Below, in pieces: positions 17,878-29,100 of a DNA stretch of 64,000 nucleotides. The notes under the pieces were generated by a model. That model was not told the DNA's origin. It saw only the letters and a program-made list of their open reading frames with translations, and did not search any database. The position numbers and the translations under genes are program-made. The DNA comes from Gemmatimonadales bacterium (GTDB lineage: Bacteria > Gemmatimonadota > Gemmatimonadetes > Gemmatimonadales > GWC2-71-9): assembly GCA_035278885.1 (NCBI GenBank), contig DATEIR010000127.1, forward strand, positions 19,728 through 83,727, read 5' to 3'. Within the stretch, counting starts at the first letter, position 1; each line of letters begins with the position of its first letter.

Positions 17878-18640
17878 CTGGCACCTCTGGCTCGACCTCG
17901 AGGGCCGGCCCGGGTTCCGCAACATGGCCGTCGACCAGGCGCTGCTGGTCCGCGCGGCGGAACGGGGCGAGCGGTGGCTCAGGTTGTACCGCTGGTCACC
18001 CTCCTGCCTCAGCTTCGGCCGGCACGAGCCGGCCGCTCGGCGCTACGACCGGGCACGGGCCGAGGCGCTCAGGCTCGACACCGTTCGACGCCCGACCGGC
18101 GGCCGCGCCGTCTGGCACGCAGACGAGCTCACCTACGCGGTGACGCTGCCGGCCGACGGACTGGGCGGTGTGCGCGAGGTCTGCGCCGAGATCCACGCCA
18201 TGCTGCACGACGCCCTGTGCCGCGTGGGTGTCCGGACCGAAGCCGCCGGGTCGGCGCCCGCACTCGGGCCGGGCGCCGGCCCATGCTTCGCCGCGCCCGC
18301 CGGAGGCGAGCTGATGCTCGGCGGCCGCAAGGTGGTAGGGAGTGCTCAGCTGCGGGAGCGGGGCGCGCTGCTGCAGCACGGGACGATCCTGCTGAGCGGG
18401 GATCAGCGCACCGTGGCCGAGGTGATGCGTGGCGCGGTGCCCGCCGACAAGGCCGGGGGGCTGATGCTCGCGCTGGGTCACCGCCCTGATCCCGCCATGG
18501 TGGCGGAGGCGGTCGCCGCGGCGGCGGCGGCGCGCTGGCCCGGACGTTGGACCACCGCCGTGGGAGACGACGGCCCAGCCGGCGAGGCGTCCGTGTTCGA
18601 GCCGCGCTTCCGCTCGCCCGCCTGGACCTGGGGACACTGA
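17867..18640 (+). CDS. lipoate-protein ligase / octanoyltransferase family (BPL_LplA_LipB) protein
   Basis: [11 protein letters not shown] and GRKVVGSAQ (catalytic-lysine motif). It overlaps the gcvP stop by 11 nt. Confidence 0.75.
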   Translation: MPSSWHLWLDLEGRPGFRNMAVDQALLVRAAERGERWLRLYRWSPSCLSFGRHEPAARRYDRARAEALRLDTVRRPTGGRAVWHADELTYAVTLPADGLGGVREVCAEIHAMLHDALCRVGVRTEAAGSAPALGPGAGPCFAAPAGGELMLGGRKVVGSAQLRERGALLQHGTILLSGDQRTVAEVMRGAVPADKAGGLMLALGHRPDPAMVAEAVAAAAAARWPGRWTTAVGDDGPAGEASVFEPRFRSPAWTWGH

Positions 18641-18723
18641 GACCGACCTCTCGCCTCCCCCCGTCTCCTGCAGGTCGCTACATTCCGTTCCATCCCCACC
18701 GCATCGTCAGCCCCGGAGCCTCG

Positions 18724-20367
18724 GTGACTCGTTCGGCGCCACCGTACCCGACACTCCTGCTGCTCGCGCTCTTGGCGACCGCACCGGCGGCGGCGCAGCG
18801 CGCGCCGACCAGCATCGTGATCGTCACCGGTGGCGAGCCCACCATGCCGATCCCGACGCTCATGGAGGGGCCGCAGTCCAACGTGGCCAACTTCGAGGTG
18901 GCCGATCATCTCTTTCTCCGGCTGGCCAACCTGGGGCCGGGTTTGATCACGGCCGGAGATCGCGGCTTCGTTCCCATGCTGGCCCGAAGCTGGAGCCGGC
19001 GCGACTCGGTGACGCTGGTCTTCGAGCTCGACCCGCGCGCGCGCTGGCACGATGGAGCCCCGGTCACGTCCCGCGATGTAGTGTTCGCGTTCGCCCGGGC
19101 GCGCGATGCGGCGATCGCCCCCAAGCTCGCCACCTTGACCCAGAACATCACGGCCGTGGAGGCCGACGGCGACCATCGGGTCATCGTCCGCTTCCGCCGT
19201 CCCTACGCCGAGCAGCTCTACGATGCCACCTGGCACGTGGCGCCGCTCCCGTCGCATCTTCTGGCCCGGCTTTCACCGGAGGCGCTCGCCCGCTCGGCCT
19301 TCGTCGAGCACCCCATCGGCGACGGGCCCTACCGATGGGTGCGCCGGGTGCCGGGAGAGTTCATCGAGCTGGCCGCCGACACGACGTTCTTCCTCGGCCG
19401 CCCCGGCATCGACCGCGTGATCATCCGCTCCGCGGCCGACGCCGACGCCCGGCTCAACCTGCTCCTCTCGGGGCAGGCCGATGCCATGGACAACGTGCCG
19501 CCCCCGACCTCCAACCTGCAGCGCGTCGGCGCCGATCCGGACATCCGTCTGGTGCCGGTTCCCTCCTCGACGCTCGGGTTCCTCCTCTTCAATCAGCGCG
19601 CCCGCCGCGACAGCACCCGGCCGCATCCCATCCTGGCCGACGCCGACGTGCGCCGGGCGCTGGTGCTGGCGCTCGATCGCCAGGTCCTGGTGCGCGCGGT
19701 GATGGGCGAGTACGGCGAAGTGCCGTTCGGGCCGGCGTCGCCGCTGCTGTGGATCCGGCACGGCGCGGGGACGCCTCTGAGACAGGACCGGGAGGCCGCC
19801 AGGCGGCTGCTGGCCGCGCGCGGCTGGGCCGACCACGATCGCGACGGCGTCCTCGATCGGAACGGCGTGCCGCTCGCGCTTGCGCTCAACTACCCGGGGA
19901 CGAGCGCGGTCCGGCGAACCATGGCGCAGCTGATTCAGGAGCAGTATCGCCAGGTCGGCGTCCGGGTGGACCTGGCTCAGTTCGAGTTTCCCGTATACCT
20001 GGAGCGGCGTGACGCCGGAGATTTCGACATCGACTTCTCCTCCAGCGTGCAGGATCCTTCGCCATCGGGGCTCACCCAGAGCTGGACCTGCGCCGGCGGC
20101 ACCAACCGCGCGCACTACTGCGACCCCGCCGTGGACTCCCTGATCACCCGGGCGATCGACAGCCAGGGGGACACCGGGCCCCTCTGGAAACGCGTCCTCC
20201 AGAGGATCGAGCAGGACGCGCCCGCGGCGTTCATCTTCGCCCCCACCTACGTCTACGCGGTGAACCGACGTTACCGGGACGTGACGATCCGGCCCGAATC
20301 CTCATGGATCGGGCTCTGGCGCTGGTCGGTCGGACCCGCTTCAGGCCGCCAGACGGCCGGGTACTGA
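18724..20367 (+). CDS. ABC transporter substrate-binding protein, peptide/nickel family 5 (DppA/OppA-like)
   Basis: Signal peptide LLLLALLATAPAAAQ and ~547 aa. The GTG at 18724 has GGAG upstream, and a Dpp-type permease/ATPase operon follows. Confidence 0.8.
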   Translation: MTRSAPPYPTLLLLALLATAPAAAQRAPTSIVIVTGGEPTMPIPTLMEGPQSNVANFEVADHLFLRLANLGPGLITAGDRGFVPMLARSWSRRDSVTLVFELDPRARWHDGAPVTSRDVVFAFARARDAAIAPKLATLTQNITAVEADGDHRVIVRFRRPYAEQLYDATWHVAPLPSHLLARLSPEALARSAFVEHPIGDGPYRWVRRVPGEFIELAADTTFFLGRPGIDRVIIRSAADADARLNLLLSGQADAMDNVPPPTSNLQRVGADPDIRLVPVPSSTLGFLLFNQRARRDSTRPHPILADADVRRALVLALDRQVLVRAVMGEYGEVPFGPASPLLWIRHGAGTPLRQDREAARRLLAARGWADHDRDGVLDRNGVPLALALNYPGTSAVRRTMAQLIQEQYRQVGVRVDLAQFEFPVYLERRDAGDFDIDFSSSVQDPSPSGLTQSWTCAGGTNRAHYCDPAVDSLITRAIDSQGDTGPLWKRVLQRIEQDAPAAFIFAPTYVYAVNRRYRDVTIRPESSWIGLWRWSVGPASGRQTAGY

Positions 20368-20368
20368 C

Positions 20369-21340
20369 GTGGGGCTCTGGCTGGCGCGCCGAGCCACGCA
20401 GGCCTGCATCACCTTCGTGCTCGCCCTCACCCTGCTCTTCGTGCTGATGCGCCTCGCCCCCGGCGATCCGGTGCAGCGGCTCGAGGGCGAGCGCCCCATG
20501 AGTCCCCAGGAGATCGCCCGCCTTCGCCAGCGCTTCGGCGTGGACCAGCCGATCGGACGGCAGTATCGCCTTTTCCTGGGGGGCGTCGCCCGGGGCGACC
20601 TGGGCACCTCCATCGAATACAACCGGCCGGTCACGGCGCTGCTCCGCGAGCGTCTCCCGGCCACGATCCTGCTGGGCGGCGCCGTCATCCTGGTGAACTT
20701 CACGCTCGGCGTCTGGCTGGGCGTGCGCCAGGCGCGGCGTCGTGGCAGCGGCGAAGACCGGCTGCTCACCGGGTTGTCGCTCGCCGGGCACGCGATGCCC
20801 TCGTTCTGGCTGGCCCTGATCCTCGCCTGGCTGGTCGGCGTCCGCCTGCGGTGGCTGCCCTCGGCCGGGCTGTCCGACCCGCTCCTCGGTGCGGAGGCCC
20901 CGCTCTCGGTCCGCGCGGCGGACGTGCTCGCGCACCTGGTGCTCCCGGCCCTGACGCTGATCCTGGTGACGCTGGCCGGGACGATGCGATTCCAGCGGGG
21001 GGCCATGCTGGAGGTGCTCCGCCTTCCTTATATAGCGACGGCCCGCGCCAAGGGTGTCCCGGAAGGACGGGTCACCTGGCGGCACGCCTGGCGCAACGCC
21101 CTGTTCCCGATGGTGACCCTGCTGGGTCTGTGGCTGCCGCTCCTGGTCACCGGATCGGTGTTCGTGGAGGCGGTCTTCGCCTGGCCCGGGCTGGGTTCCC
21201 TCGCGGCGAGCGCCGCGGGCAACCGCGACTATCCCCTCCTCATGGGCGTGTCCATTCTGGCCGGCGGTCTCCTGGTCGGATCCAGCCTGCTCGTCGATCT
21301 CACCTACGCGGCGCTCGACCCCCGGGTGCGCCTGTCGTGA
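20369..21340 (+). CDS. ABC peptide transporter permease (DppB/OppB-like)
   Basis: Multi-TM protein with the YIATARAKGVPEGRV EAA-loop motif. Confidence 0.85.
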   Translation: MGLWLARRATQACITFVLALTLLFVLMRLAPGDPVQRLEGERPMSPQEIARLRQRFGVDQPIGRQYRLFLGGVARGDLGTSIEYNRPVTALLRERLPATILLGGAVILVNFTLGVWLGVRQARRRGSGEDRLLTGLSLAGHAMPSFWLALILAWLVGVRLRWLPSAGLSDPLLGAEAPLSVRAADVLAHLVLPALTLILVTLAGTMRFQRGAMLEVLRLPYIATARAKGVPEGRVTWRHAWRNALFPMVTLLGLWLPLLVTGSVFVEAVFAWPGLGSLAASAAGNRDYPLLMGVSILAGGLLVGSSLLVDLTYAALDPRVRLS

Positions 21341-22179
21341 GCCCGCTCGGGGCGGCGCTCCGGGCGGCCGCGCGCGACCCGCGGGCTCGCGTCGGACTCG
21401 GGTTCCTCGCCCTGCTCGTCCTCCTCGCCATCGTCGCGCCGCTGCTGCTGCCCGATCCTGCCGCGCAGCCCGATCCGCTGGGCTCGAGCAACCTGGCCCC
21501 GAGCCTGCTCCATCCCTTCGGCACCGACCCGCTCAGTCGTGATCTGCTCTCGCGCGTGGTGACGGGCGCGCGGGTGTCGCTCGCGGTGGCGCTCCTGGCC
21601 GTGGCGCTCTCGGTCACGCTCGGCGCACTGGTCGGCATCGCCGCCGGCTACTTCGGCGGCGCGGTCGACACGGCGCTCATGCGCCTAGTCGACGGCGCGC
21701 TGGCGGTCCCGAGGCTCTTTCTGCTGCTCCTCGTGCTGGCGGTCTGGGAGCGGGTGCCGATCGCCATGCTGGTGGTGTTCATCGGCGGGACGGGATGGTT
21801 CGGCACCAGCCGACTGGTCCGCGCCGAAGTGCTGCGGATCCGGGAGGAGAACTTCATTCGCGCCGCGGAAGCGCTGGGAGCGCCGCGACGGCGAGTTATC
21901 TTCCGGCACCTGCTTCCCAACGCGCTCGGTCCGCTGCTGGTCGCCGCCACGCTGGGCGTGGGCGACGTGATTCTGGTCGAGGCCGGACTCTCATTTCTCG
22001 GCCTCGGCGTGCAGCCACCCACCCCGTCCTGGGGCGGCATGATCCTCGACTCCAAATCCGTGCTGGTGACGGCGCCGTGGAACGCGATCTTCCCCGGTCT
22101 CGCCATCCTGGGCACCGTGCTCTCGGCCAATCTCGTGGGTGACGCCCTGCGGGACGCCGTGGACCCCGGAAGCGCATGA
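21337..22179 (+). CDS. ABC peptide transporter permease (DppC/OppC-like)
   Basis: FIRAAEALGAPRRRVIFRHLLPN motif and GTGA overlap with the upstream gene. The listed ORF from 20851 is a spurious extension. Confidence 0.85.
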   Translation: MSPLGAALRAAARDPRARVGLGFLALLVLLAIVAPLLLPDPAAQPDPLGSSNLAPSLLHPFGTDPLSRDLLSRVVTGARVSLAVALLAVALSVTLGALVGIAAGYFGGAVDTALMRLVDGALAVPRLFLLLLVLAVWERVPIAMLVVFIGGTGWFGTSRLVRAEVLRIREENFIRAAEALGAPRRRVIFRHLLPNALGPLLVAATLGVGDVILVEAGLSFLGLGVQPPTPSWGGMILDSKSVLVTAPWNAIFPGLAILGTVLSANLVGDALRDAVDPGSA

Positions 22180-23153
22180 CGCGCGTCCTCGAGGTGCGGG
22201 ACCTCAGAATCTCGTTCCCCGCGCGTGCCGGCGGGCGAGTGTATCCGGTGGACGGCGTCAGCTTCGGGCTGGAGCGGGGCGAGACGCTCGCGCTGGTCGG
22301 AGAATCGGGCTCGGGCAAGAGTCTCACCAGCCTCGCGCTGCTCAAGTTGGTGCCGGCGCCGGGCCGCATCGAAAGCGGCAGCTCGATCCGGCTGGGCGAC
22401 ACCGAAGTCCTGGGCCTCGAGGGCGAGGCGCTGCGGCGGATCCGGGGCAAGCGGATCGGCATGATCTTCCAGGATCCGATGACCAGTTTGAACCCCGTGT
22501 TCACCGTCGGCGACCAGATCAGCGAAGGCGTGCGCGCGCACCTGCCGGTCTCCAAGCGTGAGGCGAGGGACCGGGCGCTGCACCTGCTGCAGGAGGTCGG
22601 CATTCCCGATCCGGTGGCGCGCATGGACGCCTACCCCCACCAGTTGAGCGGAGGCATGCGCCAGCGGGTGATGATCGCCATCGCGCTCTCGGCCGAGCCG
22701 GAGATCCTCGTGGCCGACGAGCCGACCACGGCCCTGGACGTGACGGTGCAGGCGCAGATCCTCGAGGTGCTCGATCGGCTGCGCGCGAGCCATGGAATGG
22801 CGGTGCTGCTCATCACCCACGACCTCGGGATCGTCGCGGGTCGCGCGGATCGGGTGGCGGTGATGTACGCGGGTCAGATCGTGGAGGAAGCGCCGACCGC
22901 CTCGCTCTTCGCCCGGCCGTCGCATCCCTATACCCAGGGACTCTTCGCCTCCGTGCCTCGGCTCCGTGGCCCCGTGGCGCGGCTCACGCCCATTCGCGGC
23001 AGCGTGCCGCCGCCCTCGGCCTGGCCCAGCGGCTGCCGGTTCCGGCCGCGCTGCCCCAAGGCCTTCGACCGGAGCGAGACCATGCCACCGCTCCTGCCGC
23101 TCGAGCCCGATCACCGGATGCGATGCTGGCTGGCGGAGACCGAGCGGCCATGA
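22176..23153 (+). CDS. ABC peptide transporter ATP-binding protein (DppD/OppD-like)
   Basis: [32 protein letters not shown], and the C-terminal oligopeptide-type extension CRFRPRC. Confidence 0.9.
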   Translation: MTRVLEVRDLRISFPARAGGRVYPVDGVSFGLERGETLALVGESGSGKSLTSLALLKLVPAPGRIESGSSIRLGDTEVLGLEGEALRRIRGKRIGMIFQDPMTSLNPVFTVGDQISEGVRAHLPVSKREARDRALHLLQEVGIPDPVARMDAYPHQLSGGMRQRVMIAIALSAEPEILVADEPTTALDVTVQAQILEVLDRLRASHGMAVLLITHDLGIVAGRADRVAVMYAGQIVEEAPTASLFARPSHPYTQGLFASVPRLRGPVARLTPIRGSVPPPSAWPSGCRFRPRCPKAFDRSETMPPLLPLEPDHRMRCWLAETERP

Positions 23154-24172
23154 CCCTGCTCCATGTGCGCGATCTGGTGAAGCACTACCAGTCCGGCGGC
23201 CTTTTCCGTCGGTCGGGTCCGCCGGTCCGCGCCGTGGACGGCGTGTCGTTCGACCTCGCGCCGGGCGAGACCCTGGCGCTGGTGGGCGAGTCCGGGTGCG
23301 GCAAGTCGTCGGTCGGGCGGACCATCCTGCGGCTGCAGGAGCCGACGTCCGGCAGCGCGGTGTTCGAGGGGAAGGAGTTGTTCGCCCTGGAGCGCGCCGA
23401 GCTGCGGCGCACCCGCCGGCGCATGCAGATCATCTTCCAGGATCCCTACAGCTCGCTCAATCCGCGGATGACCGTCGGGAGCGCGGTCGCCGAGGGCATC
23501 GAGATCCACCATCTGGCGCGCGGCGCCGAGGTCGGCCGGCGGGTGGCGGCGTTGCTGGAGGAGGTCGGCCTCGACCCGGCCTACGCGGGGCGCTACCCGC
23601 ACGAGTTCTCCGGGGGCCAGCGCCAGCGCATCGGGATCGCCCGCGCGCTCGCGGTAGAGCCCGCATTCATCGTCTGCGACGAGCCGGTCTCCGCCCTGGA
23701 CGTCTCGGTGCAGGCGCAGGTGCTCAACCTGCTGGCCGATCTGCAGCGCGATCGGGGGCTGTCTTATCTCTTCATCGCCCACGACCTGGCGGTGGTTCGC
23801 CAGCTGGCGCACCGGATCGCCGTCATGTACCTCGGGCGCATCGTCGAGGAAGGCGCCGCCGACGCCGTGCTGCGCCGCCCTCGCCATCCCTACACCGTCG
23901 CGCTGCTCTCCGCGGTGCCCGAGCCCGACCCGGGCCGGCGGCGTACCCGCATCGTCCTCACGGGCGACGTGCCCAGCCCCAGCGCGCCCCCGCCCGGCTG
24001 CCCCTTCCACCCCCGCTGCTGGCATCCCCGCCGCGACGAGCGCTGCAGCCGAGAGCGGCCGCTGCTTCGCGCCGTGGGCGGCACCAGCGCCGCCTGCCAC
24101 TACGCCGAGGATACACCGCTTCCCGACGGGGTCGGCGAGGGTGAAGCGACGAGCACCGCCTCCGTCCCGTGA
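23150..24172 (+). CDS. ABC peptide transporter ATP-binding protein (DppF/OppF-like)
   Basis: [43 protein letters not shown] overlap with the upstream gene. Confidence 0.9.
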   Translation: MTLLHVRDLVKHYQSGGLFRRSGPPVRAVDGVSFDLAPGETLALVGESGCGKSSVGRTILRLQEPTSGSAVFEGKELFALERAELRRTRRRMQIIFQDPYSSLNPRMTVGSAVAEGIEIHHLARGAEVGRRVAALLEEVGLDPAYAGRYPHEFSGGQRQRIGIARALAVEPAFIVCDEPVSALDVSVQAQVLNLLADLQRDRGLSYLFIAHDLAVVRQLAHRIAVMYLGRIVEEGAADAVLRRPRHPYTVALLSAVPEPDPGRRRTRIVLTGDVPSPSAPPPGCPFHPRCWHPRRDERCSRERPLLRAVGGTSAACHYAEDTPLPDGVGEGEATSTASVP

Positions 24173-24239
24173 GACGGGTCACCGCTGCCCATCTAGGAGT
24201 GGGCCATCTTGCCCATGGACCTCAGCAGCGGAGGACAGG

Positions 24240-24461
24240 ATGAAGGACGGAAAGGATCTCGCCACGGAAGGGGCGGCGGACGAGCTCGAAGGCACCGCTG
24301 ACGTGATCAAGGGACGGGTACGGAACGCGGTCGGCGGAGCGACCGGCAAGACGAGCGAGCAGCTCAAGGGCAAAGCGGAGGAGCTTGGCGGCAAGGCCAA
24401 GCAGGCCGTCGGCAGGATGAAGCAGAAGAGCGATCCGGAGCCGGGCGTCGACGGCGAGTAG
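24240..24461 (+). CDS. CsbD-family general stress protein
   Basis: 73 aa, with KGRVRNAVGG...KGKAEELGGKAKQAVG repeats typical of CsbD. GGAGGA lies 5 nt upstream of the ATG at 24240. Confidence 0.75.
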   Translation: MKDGKDLATEGAADELEGTADVIKGRVRNAVGGATGKTSEQLKGKAEELGGKAKQAVGRMKQKSDPEPGVDGE

Positions 24462-24490
24462 CCTCTCGGTCATCGACTCGTAACAATTGA

Positions 24491-24536
24491 ATGACCTGCG
24501 GCACAGCGAGGAGCGCTTGTGCCGCAGGTCATTTAA
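24491..24536 (+). terminator. rho-independent-type terminator hairpin (15-bp perfect stem) after the CsbD gene
   Basis: ATGACCTGCGGCACA (24491-24505) pairs with TGTGCCGCAGGTCAT (24518-24532) and is followed by TTAAT. It sits in an AT-rich island. Confidence 0.6.
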
Positions 24537-24645
24537 TGGTCTGTAGCAGACACAATAGAAGCGGCGGCGTTCTCCGTCTAGGCCCGGGCTGCCCGCCAGA
24601 ACATATTCTCGGGCCCACTACGCTCCCTTTCGCCATCGAGGCCAC

Positions 24646-25032
24646 GTGACCAGGCAACTGATCTCCAGCGGCACCACCTGGGAGCCGATCGTCGGCTACT
24701 CGCGCGCCGTCCGCGTCGGCAGTCAGATCTTCGTCTCGGGTACCACCGCGACCGGCTCGGACGGCCGTCTGGTCGGCGGCGACGATGCCTACGCCCAGAC
24801 CCGCCAGACGCTGCGCAACATCGAGCAGGCGCTCACCCAAGCCGGCGCGTCCCTGGCCGACGTGGTGCGGACCCGGATGTTCGTCACCGATATCGGCCGC
24901 TGGGAAGAGATCGGGCGGGCGCACGGCGAGGTGTTCGGCGCGATTCGTCCCGCCACCTCGATGGTCGAGGTGCGACGGCTGATCGCCCCGGAGATGCTGG
25001 TCGAGATCGAAGCGGACGCGGTCATCGACTGA
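24646..25032 (+). CDS. RidA/YjgF-family (Rid) protein
   Basis: 128 aa; [15 protein letters not shown] ... RTRMFVTD ... VEIEADAV pattern of the YjgF/Rid fold. Confidence 0.8.
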   Translation: MTRQLISSGTTWEPIVGYSRAVRVGSQIFVSGTTATGSDGRLVGGDDAYAQTRQTLRNIEQALTQAGASLADVVRTRMFVTDIGRWEEIGRAHGEVFGAIRPATSMVEVRRLIAPEMLVEIEADAVID

Positions 25033-25043
25033 CCGCGCCGGTG

Positions 25044-26150
25044 TCAGGCGCTGGCGCGGATGGACAGGTCCTTGGGGCCCTTGCGCCCGTGCATGTCGGG
25101 GAACGCATCCCGTACCTCGTTGATCTCCTTCTCCGAGCGGAGGAACGCCTCCACGCAGGCGGGATCGAAGTGGGACCCGGCGTGCTGCTGCAGGTACGCC
25201 ACCGCGAGCCCGAGGGGCCACTCGGTCTTGTAGGGCCGCTCCGAGGTGAGCGCGTCGAAGCTGTCGGCCACCGCCACGATCCGCCCCGCGAGCGGAATCG
25301 CCGTTCCTGCCCGTCCATCCGGATACCCCGACCCGTCCAGCCGCTCGTGGTGGGTCAGCGCCACCTCGGCGGCGAGCTGCAGCACCGTCGACGCGCTGCC
25401 GGCCAGGATGCGGTGCCCGATGACCGTGTGCTGTTTCATGATCCCGAACTCGATATCGTCCAGCGCGCTCGGCTTGAGCAGGATGTAATCCGGCACGCCG
25501 ATCTTGCCCACGTCGTGCATCGGCGCGGCCCGGAAGACCGCGTCCTGCTCGCCGTCGCTGAGGCCGAGGTTCCGGGCCATGATGCGGGCGTACCAGGCCA
25601 CGCGCACGATGTGGGCGCCGGTCTCCCAGTCGCGGTACTCCGTGGCGCGCGCCAGCCGGACGATCGCCTCGTGCTCCCGGGTCGTGATCTCCGCCGTCGC
25701 CTTGCGGACCTCCTCCTCCAGCGATGCCGCGTACCGGGCCAGGCTCTGGGTGCTCCGGCGAAGCGCCAGCATGTTGCGAATCCGCGCCCCGACCTCGACC
25801 GGATCGAGCGGCTTGGAGAGATAGTCGTTGGCGCCGAGCAGCACCGCTTCCCGCCGCACGTCCCGATCCTGCACCGTGGTGATCATCAGCAGCGGCACGT
25901 CCGAGTAGCGCGGGTCGGCCCGGAGCGCGCGGATCAGGTCGGTCCCGGTGAGGCCCGGCATCTGCTGGTCGGTGATCACCAGATCCGCCGGGTGGAGCTT
26001 GCACCAGGCCATGGCCTCCTGCGGATCCCGGAAGGTGATCACATCGGTGCCTTCCATCCCGGTCACGAGGGCGGAAAGCAGGCTCAGCGCGACCGGATCG
26101 TCGTCCACCAGCAGGACGGTCGAGGTGGGGGGGAGGGGGGAGACGGCCAT
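25044..26150 (-). CDS. response regulator with HD-GYP domain (c-di-GMP phosphodiesterase, RpfG-like)
   Basis: REC domain (LLVDDD, ITDQQMPG, SKP), then HDVGKIGVP, HHERLDGSGYP and the GYP motif. The ATG at 26150 was verified. The listed 1494-aa ORF is this frame running on over the kinase gene. Confidence 0.9.
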   Translation of the reverse strand: MAVSPLPPTSTVLLVDDDPVALSLLSALVTGMEGTDVITFRDPQEAMAWCKLHPADLVITDQQMPGLTGTDLIRALRADPRYSDVPLLMITTVQDRDVRREAVLLGANDYLSKPLDPVEVGARIRNMLALRRSTQSLARYAASLEEEVRKATAEITTREHEAIVRLARATEYRDWETGAHIVRVAWYARIMARNLGLSDGEQDAVFRAAPMHDVGKIGVPDYILLKPSALDDIEFGIMKQHTVIGHRILAGSASTVLQLAAEVALTHHERLDGSGYPDGRAGTAIPLAGRIVAVADSFDALTSERPYKTEWPLGLAVAYLQQHAGSHFDPACVEAFLRSEKEINEVRDAFPDMHGRKGPKDLSIRASA

Positions 26151-26164
26151 CGGGTCCTCGGTTC

Positions 26165-29100
26165 TCAGACGGTAGCGGTGAATGTCCTGACCTGCTGATA
26201 CGATTGCTCCAGATGCCGGTACAACTCCTCGATCGCGTCCCACTCGCCCGAGCGGGACCGGTCTTCCAGCCGGCCGACCACGTCGGCCATGCCCGCCGCG
26301 CCGATGCTTCCGCAGGAGCCGCGCAGGGTGTGTGCCACCCGCGCCACGGCGCCCGCATCCCGCCGCTCGATCGCGCCGCCCACGTCGGCCACCAGCGGCG
26401 CGGTGGCCTGGTGGAACAGCTCCAGATAGCTCCGGATCGTCGCGGGCTCGTGGCCCACGATGGATTTCAGGTGCGACAGATCGAGCGCGTCGCCGGTCGC
26501 CGGCAGCGCATCCTCCGGCCCGGGTTCGGCCGCGGTGGCTCCGAGCCAGTGGTCGAGCACTTCCTGCAGCCGACGGCGGTCGATGGGTTTGGTGACGTAG
26601 TCGTCCATCCCCGCGGCAAGGCAGCGGTCCCGCTCGCCCTGCATCGCGCTCGCGGTCATGGCGACGATGGGAATCCGCGGCCCGCCGTTCTGCTGCCGCC
26701 GGATCTCGCTCGCGGCCGCGTAGCCGTCCAGCTCCGGCATCTGGCAATCCATCAGCACGAGGTCGTAGCCGCCGTGGGAGACCGCGCTCACCGCCTCGCG
26801 TCCGTCGGCCACCACCTCCACCCGATAGCCGAACTTCTCCAGCACCGCCACGGCGAGCTTCTGGTTCACTTCGTTGTCCTCGGCCAGGAGGATCCGGGCC
26901 CGGCGCGCCGAGCGGGACTCCGCCAGGGTATGCCGGGTGATGAGCGGATGGGCCCCGCCCTCCTCCGGCACGCCGAGCAGGGTGACCAGACAGTCGTGCA
27001 GGGGTGACTGCCGCACCGGCTTGCTCAGAAACGCGTCGAATCCGGCGGTGCTCGCCTCCGTGGCCTCGCCTCGGACTCCACTGCCCGAGAGCAGCACCAG
27101 CCGAGTGCCCGCGATGCCGGGCTCGCTCCGGATGCGGCGGGCGAGGCCCAGGGCGTCCACCCTCGGACTCTGCCGGTCCACCAGTGCCACGGCACGGGGG
27201 CGGCCCTCGGAGGCCCAGTGCCGCAGAATCGCGAGTCCCTCGTCGGCGCTGCCGGTACTCGCCACCGCGACATGCCAGCGCTCGAGCGTGGCCTGCAACG
27301 CGGCACGGGCGGAGGCATGGCCCTCCAGCAGGAGCACGGGCAAACCGGCCAACGCCGCCGGAGGCAGCGGCGCGTCCGCCACCGCCGCCGTGCTCCGAAC
27401 GAAGCGGACGGTGAACCAGAACGTGCTGCCGAGCCCCGGGCGACTCTCGACCCCGATCTGCCCGCCCATGAGCCCGACCAGCTGGCGGCAGATCGCGAGG
27501 CCCAGTCCCGTGCCGCCGAACCGCCGCGTGGTCGAGCTGTCGGCCTGGCTGAAGGCCTGGAACAGCACCCGCTGCGTCTCCGGCGCGATGCCGATGCCGC
27601 TGTCGACCACTTCGAACCGCACCATCACGTGGGTCGCGTCCTCGCTCGCCAGCTGGGCCCGCAGCACCACCTCGCCCTGCTGGGTGAACTTGATCGCGTT
27701 GCCCGCGAGGTTGAGCAGCACCTGCCGCAGGCGGCCCGGATCTCCCCGTACCGTCGAGGGTACCCCGGGCCGCACCAGGGTGGCCCACTCGAGGCCCTTG
27801 CTGCTGGCACGCTCGCCGAGCAGCCCGGTCACGTCGTCGAGCGTGGTGCGCAGGTCGAAGTCGATCGCCTCCAGCTCCAGCCGCCCCGCTTCCACCTTCG
27901 AGAAATCGAGGATGTCGTTCAGGATCTGCAGCAGCGCCCCTGCCGAGCGGCGGGCCGTCTCCGCCCGGTCCCGCTGCTCCGCGTTGAGCTCGGTGTCGAG
28001 CAACAGCTCCAGCATACCGATGATGCCGGTCATCGGAGTACGGATCTCGTGGCTCATGTTCGCCAGGAACTCGCTCTTGAGCCGGGCCGAGCGGACGGCC
28101 GCATCTCGCGCCCGGGCCAGCTCGGCGGAGGCGAGCCGCTGGTCGGTCACGTCGGAGCAGATCCCGGCGTACCCGGACAGGGAACCGTCGCCGCTGCGGC
28201 GTGGGGCCGCGGTCTCGTGCACCCAGCGGTACTCGCCGTCGGCCCGCCGCAGGCGATAGTCCACCGTGTACGGCCGACCCACCGAGGTCGCGCCCTGGCG
28301 GACCTCGCGGAAGCGGAACTGATCTTCCGGGTGGATGTGCGTCTCGCGGCCGGCCGCCATCTCCTCTTCCAGCGCGGCGCCACGGAAGGCGAGGAAGCCG
28401 CCGTTGAGATACTCGATGCGTCGGTCCGGGTCTTCCATCCACATCATCACGGGCGCCGCGTCGGCCAGGGTGCGGAACCGCGACTCGCTCTCCCGGATCG
28501 CCGCATCCGCCCGCTCGCGGGTCTCGACCTCGGCCCGCGCGAGGCGGACCACGACCAGGGAGATCACGATGACCGCGGTGACGATCCCCATCAGCGCGAT
28601 GACCGCGAGTCGAAGCTGCGCCAGGGTCTTTTGCCAGTCGGCGGCGTCGTAGTCCACGCCGAGGACCGCCTCGACTCGGCCCGTGGCGTCGCGGAGCGGC
28701 AGGTACGCGGTGACCCAGGTGCCCACCCCGTCGCTCCTGGGCGCTTCGTCGAACGACGCGCGCCCGGCGAAGGCCCCGCGCAGCTCGGTGCTGATATCGC
28801 CGTCGTACTCCCGGCCCAGCGGCACGTTGCGTCGCGCACCGGGGGCACGCTCGGCTCCGCCCCGGTCCGACTCGGCGTCCACCAGGTGGACGATGCGGCC
28901 GTTCGGAAGCAGTCGCAGCGTGTACATCCCGTGAATCGAGGGATTCGCGGCGACCCAGGATCGCTGGAGGCCGAGCAGCGCGCGATAGAGCGAATCGGTG
29001 GCGGTCGCGTCGAACCGGAGTCCGGCGTGCCCGCCGCGCTCGAGCGCCGCGGCGTAGGTCGGCGCCGCGCCCTCGAGCATGCCGCGCAGGCGGGTCCGTC

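Noticed and set aside
17877-17892. TGGCAC hexamer at the start of the lipoate-ligase gene, considered as a sigma54 -24 element.
   Set aside because: There is no TTGC/GC element at the required spacing, and it lies inside overlapping coding sequence.
14932-17925. 997-aa ORF antisense to gcvP. Similar giant antisense ORFs include 1574-3625(-), 42395-44554(+), 45436-46983(+), 49538-51799(+), 51976-53562(+), 54674-57472(+), 57270-59684(+) and 60297-62510(+).
   Set aside because: Their translations are Arg/Gly/Pro/His-rich low-complexity strings with no motifs. The opposite strand encodes proteins with unmistakable family signatures. Long stop-free antisense frames are expected at this GC content.
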